Of a DNA stretch of 64,000 bases, positions 1 to 11,955 are shown one piece after another. The notes beneath the pieces were generated by a model, which was not told where the DNA came from, did not search any database, and was given only the letters and a program-made list of their open reading frames with translations. Source of the DNA: Scyliorhinus canicula. Its lineage: Eukaryota. The stretch is taken from assembly GCF_902713615.1 (NCBI RefSeq), contig NC_052149.1, forward strand, positions 152,745,383-152,809,382, written 5' to 3'. The first letter of the stretch is position 1, and the number at the start of each line of letters is the position of its first letter. A program made the translations under genes and the position numbers.

Positions 1-6
1 GTACAC

Positions 7-486
7 TTGGCACCGCGTGGCACTGTGGGAGGACACCCTCACCCCGTGGCCGTCAAGGTTACGGTGGCCCTGAACTTTTATGCATTCCAGGCGCCGAGTG
101 GGGACCTGTCTTGCATCCCACAAGCATCGGTGCACCGGTGCACCCAGGCAGTGACAGATGCCCTATATGCCAGTGCAGACTGCTACATCCAGTTCCCTAT
201 GGACGGGGCCAGCCAGGATGCCTGGGCAGCGGACTTCGGTGCTGTGAACAGGATGCCCATGGCCCAGAGGGCGATCGATGAGATGCATGTCACTGTGCAG
301 CCACCTGCAGATAACAGGGCCGTGTTCACATATAGGAAGGGGACCTATTCCATGAACGTTCAGGTGATCCTGCACATCTGCGCCTGGTACCCGGGCAGTG
401 TACATGACTCATTCGTATTGGTGCAATCTTTCATCCCCACCATGTTCAAGGGACCCTTGCGGTTTTGCCCTGGGTGCCACGCATGA
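7..486 (+). pseudogene. PIF/Harbinger (HARBI1-like, DDE_Tnp_4) transposase fragment, running in from the window edge and truncated at its 3' end
   Basis: Translation has Harbinger motifs: VKVTVALNFYA, SVHRC..AVTDAL, AID(E)MHV, RKG.YSMNVQ, YPGSVHDSFVL. Several motif residues are altered, and the C-terminal GDxGY region is disrupted. Confidence 0.85.
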
Positions 487-855
487 CCAGAACCACCCCC
501 TGCTCCTGGATACGGGTGGACTCCCGCAAGCCAGCCGTCACCCCCTTCGATCGTCCCTTGGTCTATGGGTGGGTGTGGTAACTCCAGGAACCCGGGATAG
601 CAGGTGGTTGCTTGCGCCGGGAAGCCCTCCGACCGCTGGGCCCCTCGGCTGCTCCTGCCTCCACCTGCTGTACCGGGACGGCTGTGCTGTGCGCACCAGT
701 TAGTGTACCAGATGCCTCATCGCTAAAGTGCCCAACCGAGGTGAGTGTCTCTGCGATGGTGGAGGGTGTTGGAGACAGCAGTGGCATAGTGTCATGCTCC
801 TCATCCAACCGTCCACGGTCCCCTGGAGTGATGCTTCTTGTCTCTCCGTCCCCTG

Positions 856-2050
856 TGTGTCAGTGTCTGAGTGTCAGTGTCCTGTGCGTTGGTGTCCTGT
901 GCGTCCGTGTCCTGTGCGTCAGTGTCCTGTCAGTGTCCTGTGCGTCAGTGTCCTGAGTGTCCGTGTCCTGTGCGTCAGTGTCCTGAGTGTCCGTGTCCTG
1001 TGGGTCAGTGTCCTGAGTGTCCGTGTCCTGTGGGTCAGTGTCCTGTGCGTCCGTGTCCTGTGCGTCCGTGTCCTGTGCGTCAGTGTCCTGTGCGTCAGTG
1101 TCCTGTGCGTCCGTGTCCTGTGCGTCCGTGTCCTGTGCGTCAGTGTCCTGAGTGTCAGTGTCCTGTGCGTCCGTGTCCTGTGCGTCCGCGTCCTGTGCGT
1201 CAGTGTCCTGTGCGTCAGTGTGCTGTGCGTCAGTGTCCTGAGTGTCAGTGTCCTGTGCGTCCGTGTCCTGTGCGTCAGTGTCCTGAGTGTCAGTGTCCTG
1301 AGTGTCAGTGTCCTGAGTGTCAGTGTCCTGAGTGTCAGTGTCTTGAGTGTCAGTGTCCTGAGTGTCAGTGTCCTGAGTGTCAGTGTCCTGTGCGTCCGTG
1401 TCCTGTGCGTCAGTGTCCTGTGCGTCAGTGTCCTGAGTGTCAGTGTCCTGAGTGTCAGTGTCCTGAGTGTCAGTGTCCTGTGCGTCAATGTCCTGAGTGT
1501 CAGTGTCCTGAGTGTCAGTGTCCTGTGCGTCAGTGTCCTGTGCGTCAGTGTCCTGTGCGTCAGTGTCCTGAGTGTCAGTGTCCTGTGCGTCCGTGTCCTG
1601 TGCGTCCGTGTCCTGTGCGTCCGTGTCCTGTGCGTCAGTGTCCTGAGTGTCAGTGTCCTGTGCGTCCGTGTCCTGTGCGTCAGTGTGCTGTGCGTCAGTG
1701 TCCTGAGTGTCAGTGTCTTGTGCGTCCGTGTCCTGTGCGTCAGTGTCCTGAGTGTCAGTGTCCTGAGTGTCAGTGTCCTGAGTGTCAGTGTCCTGAGTGT
1801 CAGTGTCTTGTGCGTCAGTGTCCTGTGCGTCAGTGTCCTGTGCGTCAGTGTCCTGTGCGTCAGTGTCCTGAGTGTCAAGTCTTGAGTGTCAGTGTCTTGA
1901 GTGTCAGTGTCCTGAGTGTCAGTGTCCTGAGTGTCAGTGTCCTGAGTGTCAGTGTCTTGTGCGTCAGTGTCCTGAGTGTCAGTGTCCTGAGTGTCAGTGT
2001 CCTGAGTGTCAGTGTCCTGAGTGTCAGTGTCTTGTGCGTCAGTGTCCTGT
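856..2050. repeat. 15-bp minisatellite array A (CAGTGTCCTGAGTGT / CAGTGTCCTGTGCGT), about 80 units
   Basis: Directly visible tandem array with two main variants and a few off-length units (about 867, about 925, about 1878). Confidence 0.97.
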
Positions 2051-2052
2051 GC

Positions 2053-2455
2053 ATCCTGGGTAGGTGTGTCCTGGGTCAGTGTGTCCTGGGTAGGTGTGTC
2101 CTGGGTCGGTGTATCCTGGGTCGGTGTGTCCTGGGTCGGTGTGTCCTGGGTAGGTGTGTCCTGGGTCGGTGTATCCTGGGTCGGTGTGTCCTGGGTAGGT
2201 GTGTCCTGGGTAGGTGTGTCCTGGGTCGGTGTGTCCTGGGTAGGTGTGTCCTGGGTCGTTGTGTCCTGGGTCGGTGTGTCCTGGGTAGGTGTGTCCTGGG
2301 TAGGTGTGTCCTGGGTCGGTGTGTCCTGGGTAGGTGTGTCCTGGGTCGGTGTATCCTGGGTCGGTGTGTCCTGGGTCGGTGTGTCCTGGGTAGGTGTGTC
2401 CTGGGTAGGTGTGTCCTGGGTAGGTGTGTCCTGGGTAAGGGTGTCCTGGGTCGGC
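2053..2455. repeat. 15-bp minisatellite array B (CCTGGGTAGGTGTGT / CCTGGGTCGGTGTGT), about 27 units
   Basis: Directly visible and abuts array A; shares the GTGTCCTG core. Confidence 0.97.
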
Positions 2456-2754
2456 TGTGATGGGGGCCTGTTCCTGTGGCTGCCCCCATTCGCCGCTAGG
2501 TCTGACCCGCCGGCATCGCCGCACTCGTACAAGATGGGGGCGTCGTCTCCCTGGTGCTCCAGGTCAGTCCTTGGCTCGTTGCTGCCCTGGATCATCCTGG
2601 GAACATCGTATGCCTGATGGGCTGGGTCTGTCCCTGGCTCGTGGCCACCCTGGATCATCCTGGGGACGGTCGGCATTCGCGGGGACTGGTGCCTCGACGT
2701 TTGGTCCTGCAAAACACAATACAGCAGCATGGTTAGACACACAGACATGGATCT

Positions 2755-3245
2755 GGGGCAAGGGGGATGTTGGGGATATGGGGGAAGGGGCTATGGGGGA
2801 AGGAGGATAAGGCGATATGGGGGATATGGCGGAAGGAGGATATGGGAGAAGGGGGATATAAGGGAAAAGGGATATGGGGTTATGAGGAAGGGGGATATGG
2901 GGAAGAGGGGTATGGGGATATGGGGGATATGGGGGAAGGGGGATATGGGGTGAAGGAGATATGGGGGATATAGGGGAAGGGTGATATTGGGGATATGGGG
3001 AAGTGGGATATGGGGATATGGGGAAGGGGATATGGGAAGGGGTATATGGGGGAAGGGGGATATGGGGGAAGGGGGTCTGGGGGATAAGGGGGATATGGGG
3101 AAGGGGATATGGGATATGGGAGGGGGTATATGGGGGAAGGGGGATATGGGGGGAGGGGGTCTGGGGGATATGGGGGAAGGGGGATATGGGGATATAGGGG
3201 ATATCAGGGATATGGGGAAGGGGATGTGGGGAAAGGGGAAAAGGG
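2755..3245 (+). repeat. G-rich degenerate tandem repeat (GGGGGATAT/GGGGGAA units) in an intron of the Harbinger accessory gene
   Basis: Dozens of G3-G6 runs separated by ATAT/AA spacers. Confidence 0.9.
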
Positions 3246-3794
3246 GGGCAGGCCGTTGGGGGTCTCACTTGGTGATGCGCCCCCGACCTCTACATATGCA
3301 ACCTCCCGGTCTTCGGGTCCACCTGCGAGTTCCAGGGCCCTCTCCTCATGGATGGTGAATGGTCGCAGTTCAGATGGACCTCTCTGGTCCTCTCACGCTC
3401 CCAGATGTTGTGTGCACGCTTCTCCTGTGGGGGGTGCGTGGGTGGCAGGGATAAAGGGCAACAGTGTTAGGCTGACATATACATGTGGACCAGCAGCTTT
3501 GTGTATATTGGCAGAGGTTCACAACCCATCCTGCCACTGCAACCTGCATGGGTGGGTGCAGCCATGTCGGTTTCGCCTCAGGTTGTGCCGCACATCAGAG
3601 GTGGGGTGGGGGGGGGGGGGGGTACTCACCCTGGCTGCCCTGACTAGGTCATTGACCTTCTTGTGGCAATGGATGCCTATCCTTGCTGTTACATAGTCTA
3701 TTCTCCACATTGCCAGCAAATGCCAATGTTGTAGCTGCACTGGAACAGCCTGGCTAGGGGCACGGCACGTTCTGGAGCGCAAGTCTTCAGTCCA

Positions 3795-3935
3795 ATTTTT
3801 TTGACAAAGAGTCATCCAGACTCAAAATGTCAGCTCTGTCCTCTCTCCACAGATGCTGTTAGGCCTGCTGAGATTGTCCAGTATCTTCTGTTTTTGTTTC
3901 AGATTCCAGCATCCACAGTAATTGGCTTTTATCTT
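3795..3935 (+). mobile_element. Short shark-type repeat with a degenerate Penelope/hammerhead-like head
   Basis: TTGACAAAGAGTCATCCAGACTCAAAATGT, followed by a tail (CAGATGCTG...GAGATTGTCCAG...AGATTCCAGCATCC) that recurs at about 11480-11590 and in part at about 52060-52150. Confidence 0.5.
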
Positions 3936-4193
3936 CAGTACTATTACTGGAATGTTGACAGGGCCCATTGCCTTTGCAATATCCTTTCAGCTGTTACTTG
4001 ATATCACTTGGAGCGAATAATGTTCGGCATAATGATTGGCATGTGTGATGCTGGGGGTCTCGGGAGAAGACCGAGGTGGATATGGCTGAAGATTGTTGCA
4101 AACTTTTGCAACTCATGCTTCCCAGTTGTCAGTGTCAATATCCAACATTTTCATTTCTCATTTGCAGGTGTCCTTGTAATGGAAGTGTTTCTA

Positions 4194-4900
4194 TTGTTAC
4201 AACACCCTGAGCTAGTGCACATTCAATTCCACCCCAACAGGCCCCAGAGTCCCAACACAAGTTAATTAACCAATAATGTATTTATAGTTTCTGAAATCTT
4301 TGACCCTTTACTGCTCCAATTACTTACAGGTACCAGATTTGTAAGTAAAACACAATTGTTTATTTATAACAATAGAGATTAGACATGCAATAACCACAAT
4401 GGCATAATGGCCAGCTTATTTACTACTCCCCCTTTTTACCGACCCACCCTCTACCAAAACACATAAGACATACACATGCAGAGGGACGGAGAGGGGAAAA
4501 GTAAAGGAGGATTAATGCGAGATTGAAGATGCGTATCCTTGCTTCGGATGTTAAAGTTGTTCTCCAGCTGACTGTCCTTCCAGGACGAGGAGTGTTGATG
4601 GCAAACAGGGATACTCTGGCTGGAACCTTCAAGCAAGCCTCTCAGGCTGTGGGATCCCGTCTCAGATGGTGGGATCCCCTCTGGGGAGTCACGTTAACTT
4701 GTATTAACCAGGGCCTTCACTCAGAAGATCCACCTCAGGTCTGTTTAATTCTGACTTGCTTCTACATACCAGCCTCACTGAGATCAGACTGGAGTTCTCC
4801 ACACGAGATTGCAAGAAGGATTTTTTAAAAACACTGACCTGGATCATCTAGTGGCTGATTGGATCCTTAAGATTATTTGTCTCCTCTCAAAGCCAGCTCT
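4194..4900 (-). mobile_element. Probable solo LTR (right boundary uncertain)
   Basis: Starts TGTTACAACA. The minus strand has AATAAA at about 4360 and a TATA-like TTTTAAAA at about 4825. No coding sequence. Confidence 0.35.
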
Positions 4901-5949
4901 CAGCTTGGATTTTAATCTTATTTGGTCTCCCTAGAAAATCTATCAGCTCGGCTGGGGAGAAAACAGAGCCCCCACTAAGGTTTGAGAGAGGGTTACCCTC
5001 TGATAGAGTAGGCTTCAAAAGAGCTTACCTCAGCTCTTCAAAACCGGCATTGTGGTGATCCCAAGTAAAATGGGAGAAGCCAAAAGAAGATAAGGACATA
5101 TAATTCAAGTAGATGAATAACAAATTTCAAAAAGGATTAACATTCTTCACTCCTAACACTTTTGTCTTAAAATCTAAGATGGTGGGTTCCCATCACATAG
5201 TTGAAATCAAATCTCGTTGAGCCTGTTTTATAGGCCAAAAAGGGCACAAGATTTGACTTTTGGGGTCCTGCGCCCCAAGAACACCTTGTCTCACCTTACA
5301 TGCCAATGAGGAACTGAGAAACAGTTTTACGACCGCTCTGCCAAATTAGGCTGCCCTGAGCTGAGTGGGAGTTGGGTGTGGTTGAGACAATGGCCACCAC
5401 CAATAAGTAAAGCTTAGGCACTTGAGGAAGCCAGCGGTCAGAGAACAGAGATTTATTTAACTGTATACAATATTCTGCTCAAGCAGCAACTCACTCCCAG
5501 TACAGCTGTAATAATAAGGAGAAATAACCACAGCTGGCCCTGCTTTGGCTGGCTTTTATGTTCGTTTGTAATAAGCTCCAACTGGGTGCTCTTCGCCTCC
5601 TATCTGGGAATCTCGCACCCCACGAGTCCTACTGGAAGATTAGCAATTGTTTCCCCATGGTCCTCGTGGGAGTTATAACAGTAAGCACAATCGTCTAGGT
5701 TCCCTGCTCACTGTCTTCCTCGCCCCCAAAATCTACCTGAGGCCTACTGCCGGTGAGGTCATTGGCCTAAAATTGGACTCTCATTTGGACAAGCAGTCTC
5801 TAGGAGAGAGACTGGTGCCAGCAGCCCACCACAAATATGACGATGAAGTCCGAGAACCAGCTTGCACCATCCTTCGGCCAACGCCTTCCCAAAATAATCC
5901 CTGCAATCATTTGGCACCTCAGAACTGGATGAAACTACTTTCTGATCTA

Positions 5950-6130
5950 GACTGACATCTCAGTGCAGTTCGAGAGGGAGTGCTGCACTCTTTCATTTCA
6001 GGCATTATACTGAGGTCTTTTCTGCTTTCCCAAGAAGAACCCAACAGATTTCATCTACTGTTTATCAATGAGCAGGGATGATTTCCCTGCATCCGGGACA
6101 ATATTTATCTCTCAACCACCAAATAAAATG
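5950..6130 (+). mobile_element. Deu-domain SINE fragment (SacSINE1/AmnSINE1-like)
   Basis: CAGTGCAG..GAGGGAGTGCTGCAC core. It is the reverse-complement counterpart of the longer copy at 62565-62950. Confidence 0.5.
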
Positions 6131-6510
6131 AATTCCGCCAATAAATACACTTCAAAGTATATCTGACAACTCCATTGTATCAGATAGAACACTCTGGTGT
6201 CACACGGCATTGAAAGTAATCAGGAAAATCCCATTATTTTTACACTGCTGTAAAATGGGTTTGCTTTGTCAGTGAACGTAATGATAGCATTAATTATGTG
6301 TCAGTTATGCTTCAGTTGTAACAGTCAGTAGATTGTTTTCAAGCATCACTACAGCACAAAGTCTAGGCTGATTCAGTGAAATACTGAGGAATCGAAGCAC
6401 TGACGTGACCATAAAAGATCCCACAATATTATTGAATAAGAACAGAGGAGACATCCCTAATATCCTGGTCAATATTTATCCCCCTTCCAACACCATTAAA
6501 ACAGATCACA

Positions 6511-6690
6511 TGAAAATGAAAATCGCTTATTGTCACGAGTAGGCTTCAATGAAGTTACTGTGAAAAGGCCCTAGTCGCCACATTCCGCCGCCTGTCCGGG
6601 GAGGCTGGTACGGGAATCGAACCGTGCTGCTGGCCTGCCTTGGTCTGCTTTAAAAGCCAGCGATTTAGCCGAGTGAGCTAAACCAGCCCC
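6511..6690 (-). mobile_element. Short tRNA-derived SINE with a (CATTTT)n tail
   Basis: The minus strand starts GGGGCTGGTTTAGC, has a B-box GGTTCGATTCCC, and ends AATAAGCGATTTTCATTTTCA. Related copies are at 21417-21624, 50512-50697 and 53090-53190. Confidence 0.85.
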
Positions 6691-7007
6691 TACATTGCTG
6701 TTTGTGGGAGCTTGCTGTACTCAAATTAGCTCCTGAAGTTCCTATAATACAACAGCGGCTACACAGGCTGACAAGCATTGTGAATGGCACAATATAAATG
6801 CAAGTCTATCAATTGTTTATTTATTGTTGCTGAAATATTGTACCCTTTGTTCAAAATTCCTTTCTCTCTTATAGTTCAGACAGTGAAACCAAGCTGAGAC
6901 ATCAACACGAGTCCGCATTGCCCTTACTGACAGAAAGAAGAGGGGCAAGGGTCTCTTTCTTTTACTTTCTTTGACAGCACCAACCACCTCCAAAATCCGC
7001 AACCTCT

Positions 7008-7330
7008 AGAACATAGAACAGTACAGCACAGAACAGGCCCTTCAGCCCTCGATGTTGTGCCGAGCAATGATCACCCCACTTAAACCCACATACCCCTAAC
7101 CCCTAACCCAACAATCCCCCCATTAACCTTTACACTACGGGCAATTTAGCATGGCCAATCCACCTAACCCGCACATCTTTGGACTGTGGGAGGAAACCGG
7201 AGCACCCGGAGGAAACCCACGCACACACGGGGAGGACGTGCAGACTCCACACAGACAGTGACCCAGCCGGGAATCGAACCTGGGACCCTGGAGCTGTGAA
7301 GCATTGATGCTAACCACCATGCTACCGTGA
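7008..7330 (-). mobile_element. HE1-like V-SINE with a CR1-type (GTTCTAT)n tail
   Basis: tRNA-like head with GGTTCGATTCCC, a V-domain (GGGTTTCCTCCGGGTGCTCCGGTTTCCTCCCACAGTCCAAAGATG), and a tail shared with CR1 3' ends. Near-identical to 61803-62147. Confidence 0.85.
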
Positions 7331-7990
7331 GGTCTCTAGTAGTTAGAAGAAGGGCAGCAGGTGCATGGGAACACCCTCAGCCTGCAGGTTCCCCACCAAG
7401 TCACTCACTAACCTAATCTGGAAATGTATCGCCGTTCCCGCATTGCCACTGGAATCCTGAATGGCCCTCCCGAGCAGCACTGTGGCTGTACCTACACCAC
7501 AAGGCCTGCAGGGGGTCAAGAAGGCAGCTCACCACCACCTTCTCGAGGACAATTAGGGATGGACAATAAATGCTGCCAGCCACGCCCACATCCTGTAGCT
7601 GGATCTATGAATAAAAAAATATAATTCCAAAAAGCAAAGCCTCTGTTTGATCATTCCGGACACTTCAATGTTGGCTTTGGCAGTCAATGCCTAAGAACAT
7701 AACAGGCTGCTCAGCTGGAGAATGCGGCTCCCGAGGGCTGTGGAGGATCAGTCATTGAGTATGTTCACGACTGAGATCAATAGATTTCTTCATAGTAAAA
7801 ACATCAAGGGCACGGGGATAGTGCAAGAAAATGGTGTTGAAGTAGAAGATCAGTCTTGGTCTCAGTGAATGGCGGTGTGGGGCCTGAAGGACTGAATGGC
7901 CTATTCCTGTCCCTATTTCTTATGTTCTTATGAAACAGAAAGGATGAGCAGTGAAAATGTGAAAATTCATGAAATGTTGTGTTCCTCCAG

Positions 7991-8140
7991 GGTGTACAAG
8001 CTCGGGACAAGTTGCATGGATACTTTGAAAAGCCCATTGAGGATATGCTTCAGTCTAGTCCTGAATACTCGACTGCCCTTGGCATCCTCATAAAGAGTAG
8101 CCAAGAACAAGGGATGAAGATCGGCATGCAGGAACTGAAG
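7991..8140 (+). CDS. CYP26-family P450 (CYP26B-like), internal exon, equivalent to exon 4
   Basis: Acceptor ttcctccag and donor gtagga; 150 nt, phase 0/0. Encodes GVQARDKLH...GMQELK, matching the CYP26 exon G(I)QAR...MQELK. Confidence 0.9.
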
Positions 8141-8747
8141 GTAGGAATTAATAAACTTACAAGCCAAAGGTCAGGGCCAGCTTTTCTCAGGGGAGTGGAG
8201 GAGATTTTCATCCCGTCAATTTCAGGCTTTCCAGCGATGAGAAATAGACCTTTTTGCACCATTTCAGAGTTAGAAGCTCCCAGATCAAGCCTAACTCAGG
8301 TATTACACATAAGATAAATGTATCTTCCCTTCTAACTTCAAACAAATTCCCACCCTACCCCTGCTATCCCTTTCAGCCATGTGTGATTTTATAAAAATAA
8401 GTCGTACTGAAACCAACACAGTTCAGATTTGACAAAGTTTAATTTATCTGTGAAAATGAGAGGAATTTGAATGATGTGTTCAATGTAGTTTGTGCTCTGG
8501 TTTGCTTCCAATAAAGTGAATGGGAAGGATGCAGATCTCGCTCAAACAGCTTGCCTTAACTGCAGCAGTCTAGCGACATCTATTGGCATAATATCAGTGA
8601 TGTGAACATTTGAAAACAAAATCTCTAATGCATTCCTGCTAAAATAAATGTTTGCAGTAAACATTAAGAACAAAAGCGTTTCTGTTGACGGGTCACAATT
8701 TCAAAGGGTGCTCACCTATTGCTGAAAAACAGATTCTTTCATTGCAG

Positions 8748-9029
8748 GAGGCCATGGTGGAGCTGATGTTTGCTGCCTATGCTACCACTGCCAGTGCCTG
8801 CACTTCTCTCATCCTGCAGCTTATGAAGAATCCTGCTGTCCTTGCCAAGTTGAGGATGGATCTCCAGACCAATGGAGTCTGGCCCGAAAGTACCACAGGG
8901 GAGAACGTGTCGCGTCTCAGCGATGTCACCCATCTGCAGTACCTGGATGGTGTGGTAAAGGAAGTACTGAGGCTGCTCCCCCCTGTGTCTGGAGGATATC
9001 GAGTGGCACTCCAGACCTTCGAGCTGGGC
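8748..9029 (+). CDS. CYP26-family P450, internal exon, equivalent to exon 5 (I-helix and K-helix)
   Basis: Acceptor tttcattgcag and donor gtaagt; 282 nt. Contains ELMFAAYATTASA, the ExxR motif KEVLR, and PPVSGGYRVALQTFEL. Confidence 0.95.
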
Positions 9030-9169
9030 GTAAGTTTGTTTATTTTAAATTTAACCATACTTCCTACTTAACTATGAAACTACATCTGGATACACAAATG
9101 CAAGTCATTGTTGTCGATTTAGCACAGATGATTGAAGCTGGAATTCAAGTACACAGTCCATGAAGCAGT

Positions 9170-10025
9170 CCAGTCCATTTCCAAATACAGCAATATCCAA
9201 GCTTGGGCTGACAAGTTGCAAGTAACATTTGTGCTACACAAGTGCCAGGCAATGACCATCCCCAACTAGGGAGAATTAAACCATCGCCCCTTGACATTCA
9301 ATGACATTAACATTGCTAAATCGCCTATCAACATCCTGAGGTTACCACTGACTAGAAACTGAATGGACTAATCCTATAGATACTGTGGCTACACGAGCAT
9401 GTTCTGTAGCAAGTAACTCACCATCTGACTCCTCAAAGCCTGCCAATCATCCACAAGTATGATCTATAGGAATATTCTCCCCTTATTTGCTTGAGTGCAG
9501 CTCCAACAAAATTCAAGAAGCTCAACACATCTACAACATAGCAGCCCATTCACAAACATTCACTCCCTCCACCACTGACACATAATGGCAGCAGTGTGTC
9601 CCATCTACAAGATGCACTGCAGAAACTCACCAAGGCTCCTCAGGCAATACCTTCCAAACCCACGACCACAACAATCAGGAAGAACAAGGGGGAAAGACAG
9701 TGAGAATACCAATGCCTGGAAACTTCCCTCCAAGCCCCTCAGAGATAGTGAATTGTGAAAAATGCATTCCGTTTACTTGGGTGAACATAGTAAGATCCTT
9801 GTGTGAACTGAACAAAATTTACAAGATAGTGACACCTTGTGGCACCACTCACCATCCTGACTGCAAAATGTATCACCATTCCTTTCCTATGACTGGGTTA
9901 AAATGCTGGATCTCCTTCTCTAACAGCACTGTGGATGTTCCTGCACCACATGGTCAGCAGACGTTCAAGAAGGCAACTCACCACCACTTTCTCCAGGGCA
10001 TTTAGAGATGGGCAACAAATGCTGT
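9170..10025 (+). mobile_element. Degraded non-LTR retrotransposon 3' fragment (shark CR1/L2-like) in the CYP26 intron
   Basis: Its 3' segment (CACTGTGG..CACCACATGG..AAGAAGGCA.CTCACCACCAC) also occurs at about 7480-7570. Confidence 0.45.
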
Positions 10026-10029
10026 GAGG

Positions 10030-10790
10030 TGTGAGGTATGCACTTTGGCAGGGGTAATAAGACAAGAGAGCACTCAATTAATGGTAGGACACTCGGGAGG
10101 TCAAGGGAACAGAGGAATCTCAGGGTCTTGTCCACAGATCCCTGAGGCCGGCAGGGCGGGTTAATAAGGTAATTAAGAAGGCATATGGGACACTTGCCTT
10201 TATCAGTAGTGGCATAGACGAGCTTATGTTTGAACTGTACAGGTCATTGGTTAGGCCACAGCTGGAGTACTGTGTTCAGTTCTGGTCAATGCACTATAGG
10301 AAGGATGTGATTGCACTGGAGAGGGTGCAGAGGAGAGTCACCGGGATGTTACCTGGGACGGAGCATTTTAGCTATGAAGTGAGGCTAGAAAAGCTCGGGA
10401 TGCTTTCTTTGGAGCAGCGAAGGCTGAGGGGACCTGACTGAGGCGTATAGGATTATGAGGGGCATGGACAGGGTGGATAGAAAGCCATTGTTCCCCTTAG
10501 TCAAAAGTTCAGTAACAAGGGGGCATAATTTTAAGGTGAAAGGCAGGATGTTTTGAGGGGATTTGAGGAAAATACATTCCTTTCAAGGGGGTATTGAGAT
10601 TATTGTAAGGGAGGGTAGTTGAGGCAGGAAACCTCACAAACTTTAAAAAGTACTTGGATAAGCACTTGTCATAACATTCAAGGCTATGGGCCAAGTGCTG
10701 GGAAGTGGGATTAGTGTAGATAAGAGTAGTTTTTTTTGTCAGTGCAAGCTTGATGGGCCAAAGGGCCTCCTCTGTACTGAATGATTCTAT
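10030..10790 (+). mobile_element. CR1 LINE 3' fragment
   Basis: LYRSLVRPQLEYCVQFWS...ALERVQRR is the CR1 ORF2 C-terminal signature. Confidence 0.85.
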
Positions 10791-11285
10791 GGGAGGGTTT
10801 CTCCAGTTGCCGACGTCAAAATTGCATTCGGCGATCCGCCGGAGAATCACTGTTCATGCAAAAATTGGTGGCGGCGCTGCTTTTGCGATGCTCTGCCCCT
10901 TCCAAAATGGCTTACTCTAGGAGTATGCCACACGCCGTATCGACGGCCTCAGGACGTTGCCTGAGGTCCTCCCCCCGATGCTCCGCCCCGACTGGCCGAG
11001 TTCTCGACGGCGTGGGTCTCTCATGGTATTATTTGTCGGGAACTCAGCATGGTGGCTGCGGACTCAGTCCAGCGGCGTCACAGACGGAGAAAAGCCGATC
11101 GGTGAGCAGGGGGGACTTTGGCTGGAGCTTGGGGCACTGTTGGGAGGTGGTCCAGGGGTCGCAAGCTGGCCAAAGGGGGGTATCACTGCAAATGCACGGC
11201 CACGGACCCAGCAATTAGTTTTGCGCCGGATTTTCGGTCATAAAAGGCCGGCGTGGATATAGCCTGAACATCGGAGAATCCAACA
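10785..11285. mobile_element. GC-rich non-autonomous Harbinger-type MITE
   Basis: Ends resemble the GG..ATTCTCC / GGAGAAT TIR family also seen at 31064, 34060 and 63983. Confidence 0.5.
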
Positions 11286-11955
11286 CTACGAGTCTGTGCA
11301 TGAGGGTGTGTGAGTCTGTGTGTATGTGAGTGAGGGTATGTGTGTGTCTGTGATTGTGTGAGTGAGGGTGTGTGTTACTGTGAATCTGTGTGTGTGAGAG
11401 TGTGTGAGCGAATGAATGAGCAAAAAGATTATTATTTTACATAAACAGCAGGTAACCGGACATTATATTGAACCTCAGCTTTGAAAAAATGTCATCCAGA
11501 CTCAAAACATCAGCTCCCTTATCTCTCCACATGTGTTGTCAGACCTGCGGAGATTGTCCAGATTCCAGCATCCGCAGTAATTTGCTTTTAATTTGTCTTC
11601 ACCCTATTTTGTTCCGGATAACAGATATTCCCCTTTACTGAACTACACAATAACACTATCCTATTAATGTAACAATTTTCCTATAAGCCTCTCCCAGTTT
11701 GCCCACCACACACAACAGCTGGAGAGATTGGCCCTTTTTATCAACTAGACCCATATGTTCACTGGTGGAGGTTTGTGGCTTCGGTCACCTCTGGTTTCAG
11801 AGTTACTATTTGATTCAGAATTGTGTGGGTCAATTTTAAAATTCACGTTTTTATGACATAAGGGATTCTGTGGACAAGATAGACATTGCTGAATTTGTGT
11901 GTGAGAGAAAGAAATGTTCAAATATATAATCAGGCCAACATTTTGTTTCTGACAG

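Larger units (their letters stand above)
563..3760 (-). mobile_element. Decayed Harbinger accessory (Myb/SANT-like) gene, convergent with the transposase
   Basis: The minus strand gives HCHKKVNDLVRAAR followed by a gtgagt donor (about 3624). An EKRAHN-containing exon lies at about 3267-3425, an acceptor ttgcag at about 2707, and LSPTPSTIAETLTSVGHF at about 720-790. The last segment is homologous in reverse to 57280-57340. Confidence 0.75.

Noticed and set aside
7-486. Host gene HARBI1
   Set aside because: It is truncated, has altered motifs, and is paired with a convergent Myb-like gene as in Harbinger elements.
856-2455. CRISPR-like array
   Set aside because: The units are contiguous with no unique spacers, there are no cas genes, and the context is eukaryotic.
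728-2617. Long Cys-rich or Val/Ser-rich ORFs (529 aa, 385 aa, 198 aa) resembling metallothionein or keratin-associated proteins
   Set aside because: They are translations of the 15-bp arrays, which lack stops in several frames. There is no independent gene structure.
563-2748. A continuous in-frame mucin-like Harbinger protein across the VNTR
   Set aside because: Frame checking shows off-length units and a TGA at 862-860 in the frame of the conserved downstream block, so this copy cannot encode it intact.
2564-3358. Gly-rich or Pro-rich ORFs (keratin- or extensin-like)
   Set aside because: These are low-complexity G-rich intron sequence read in several frames.
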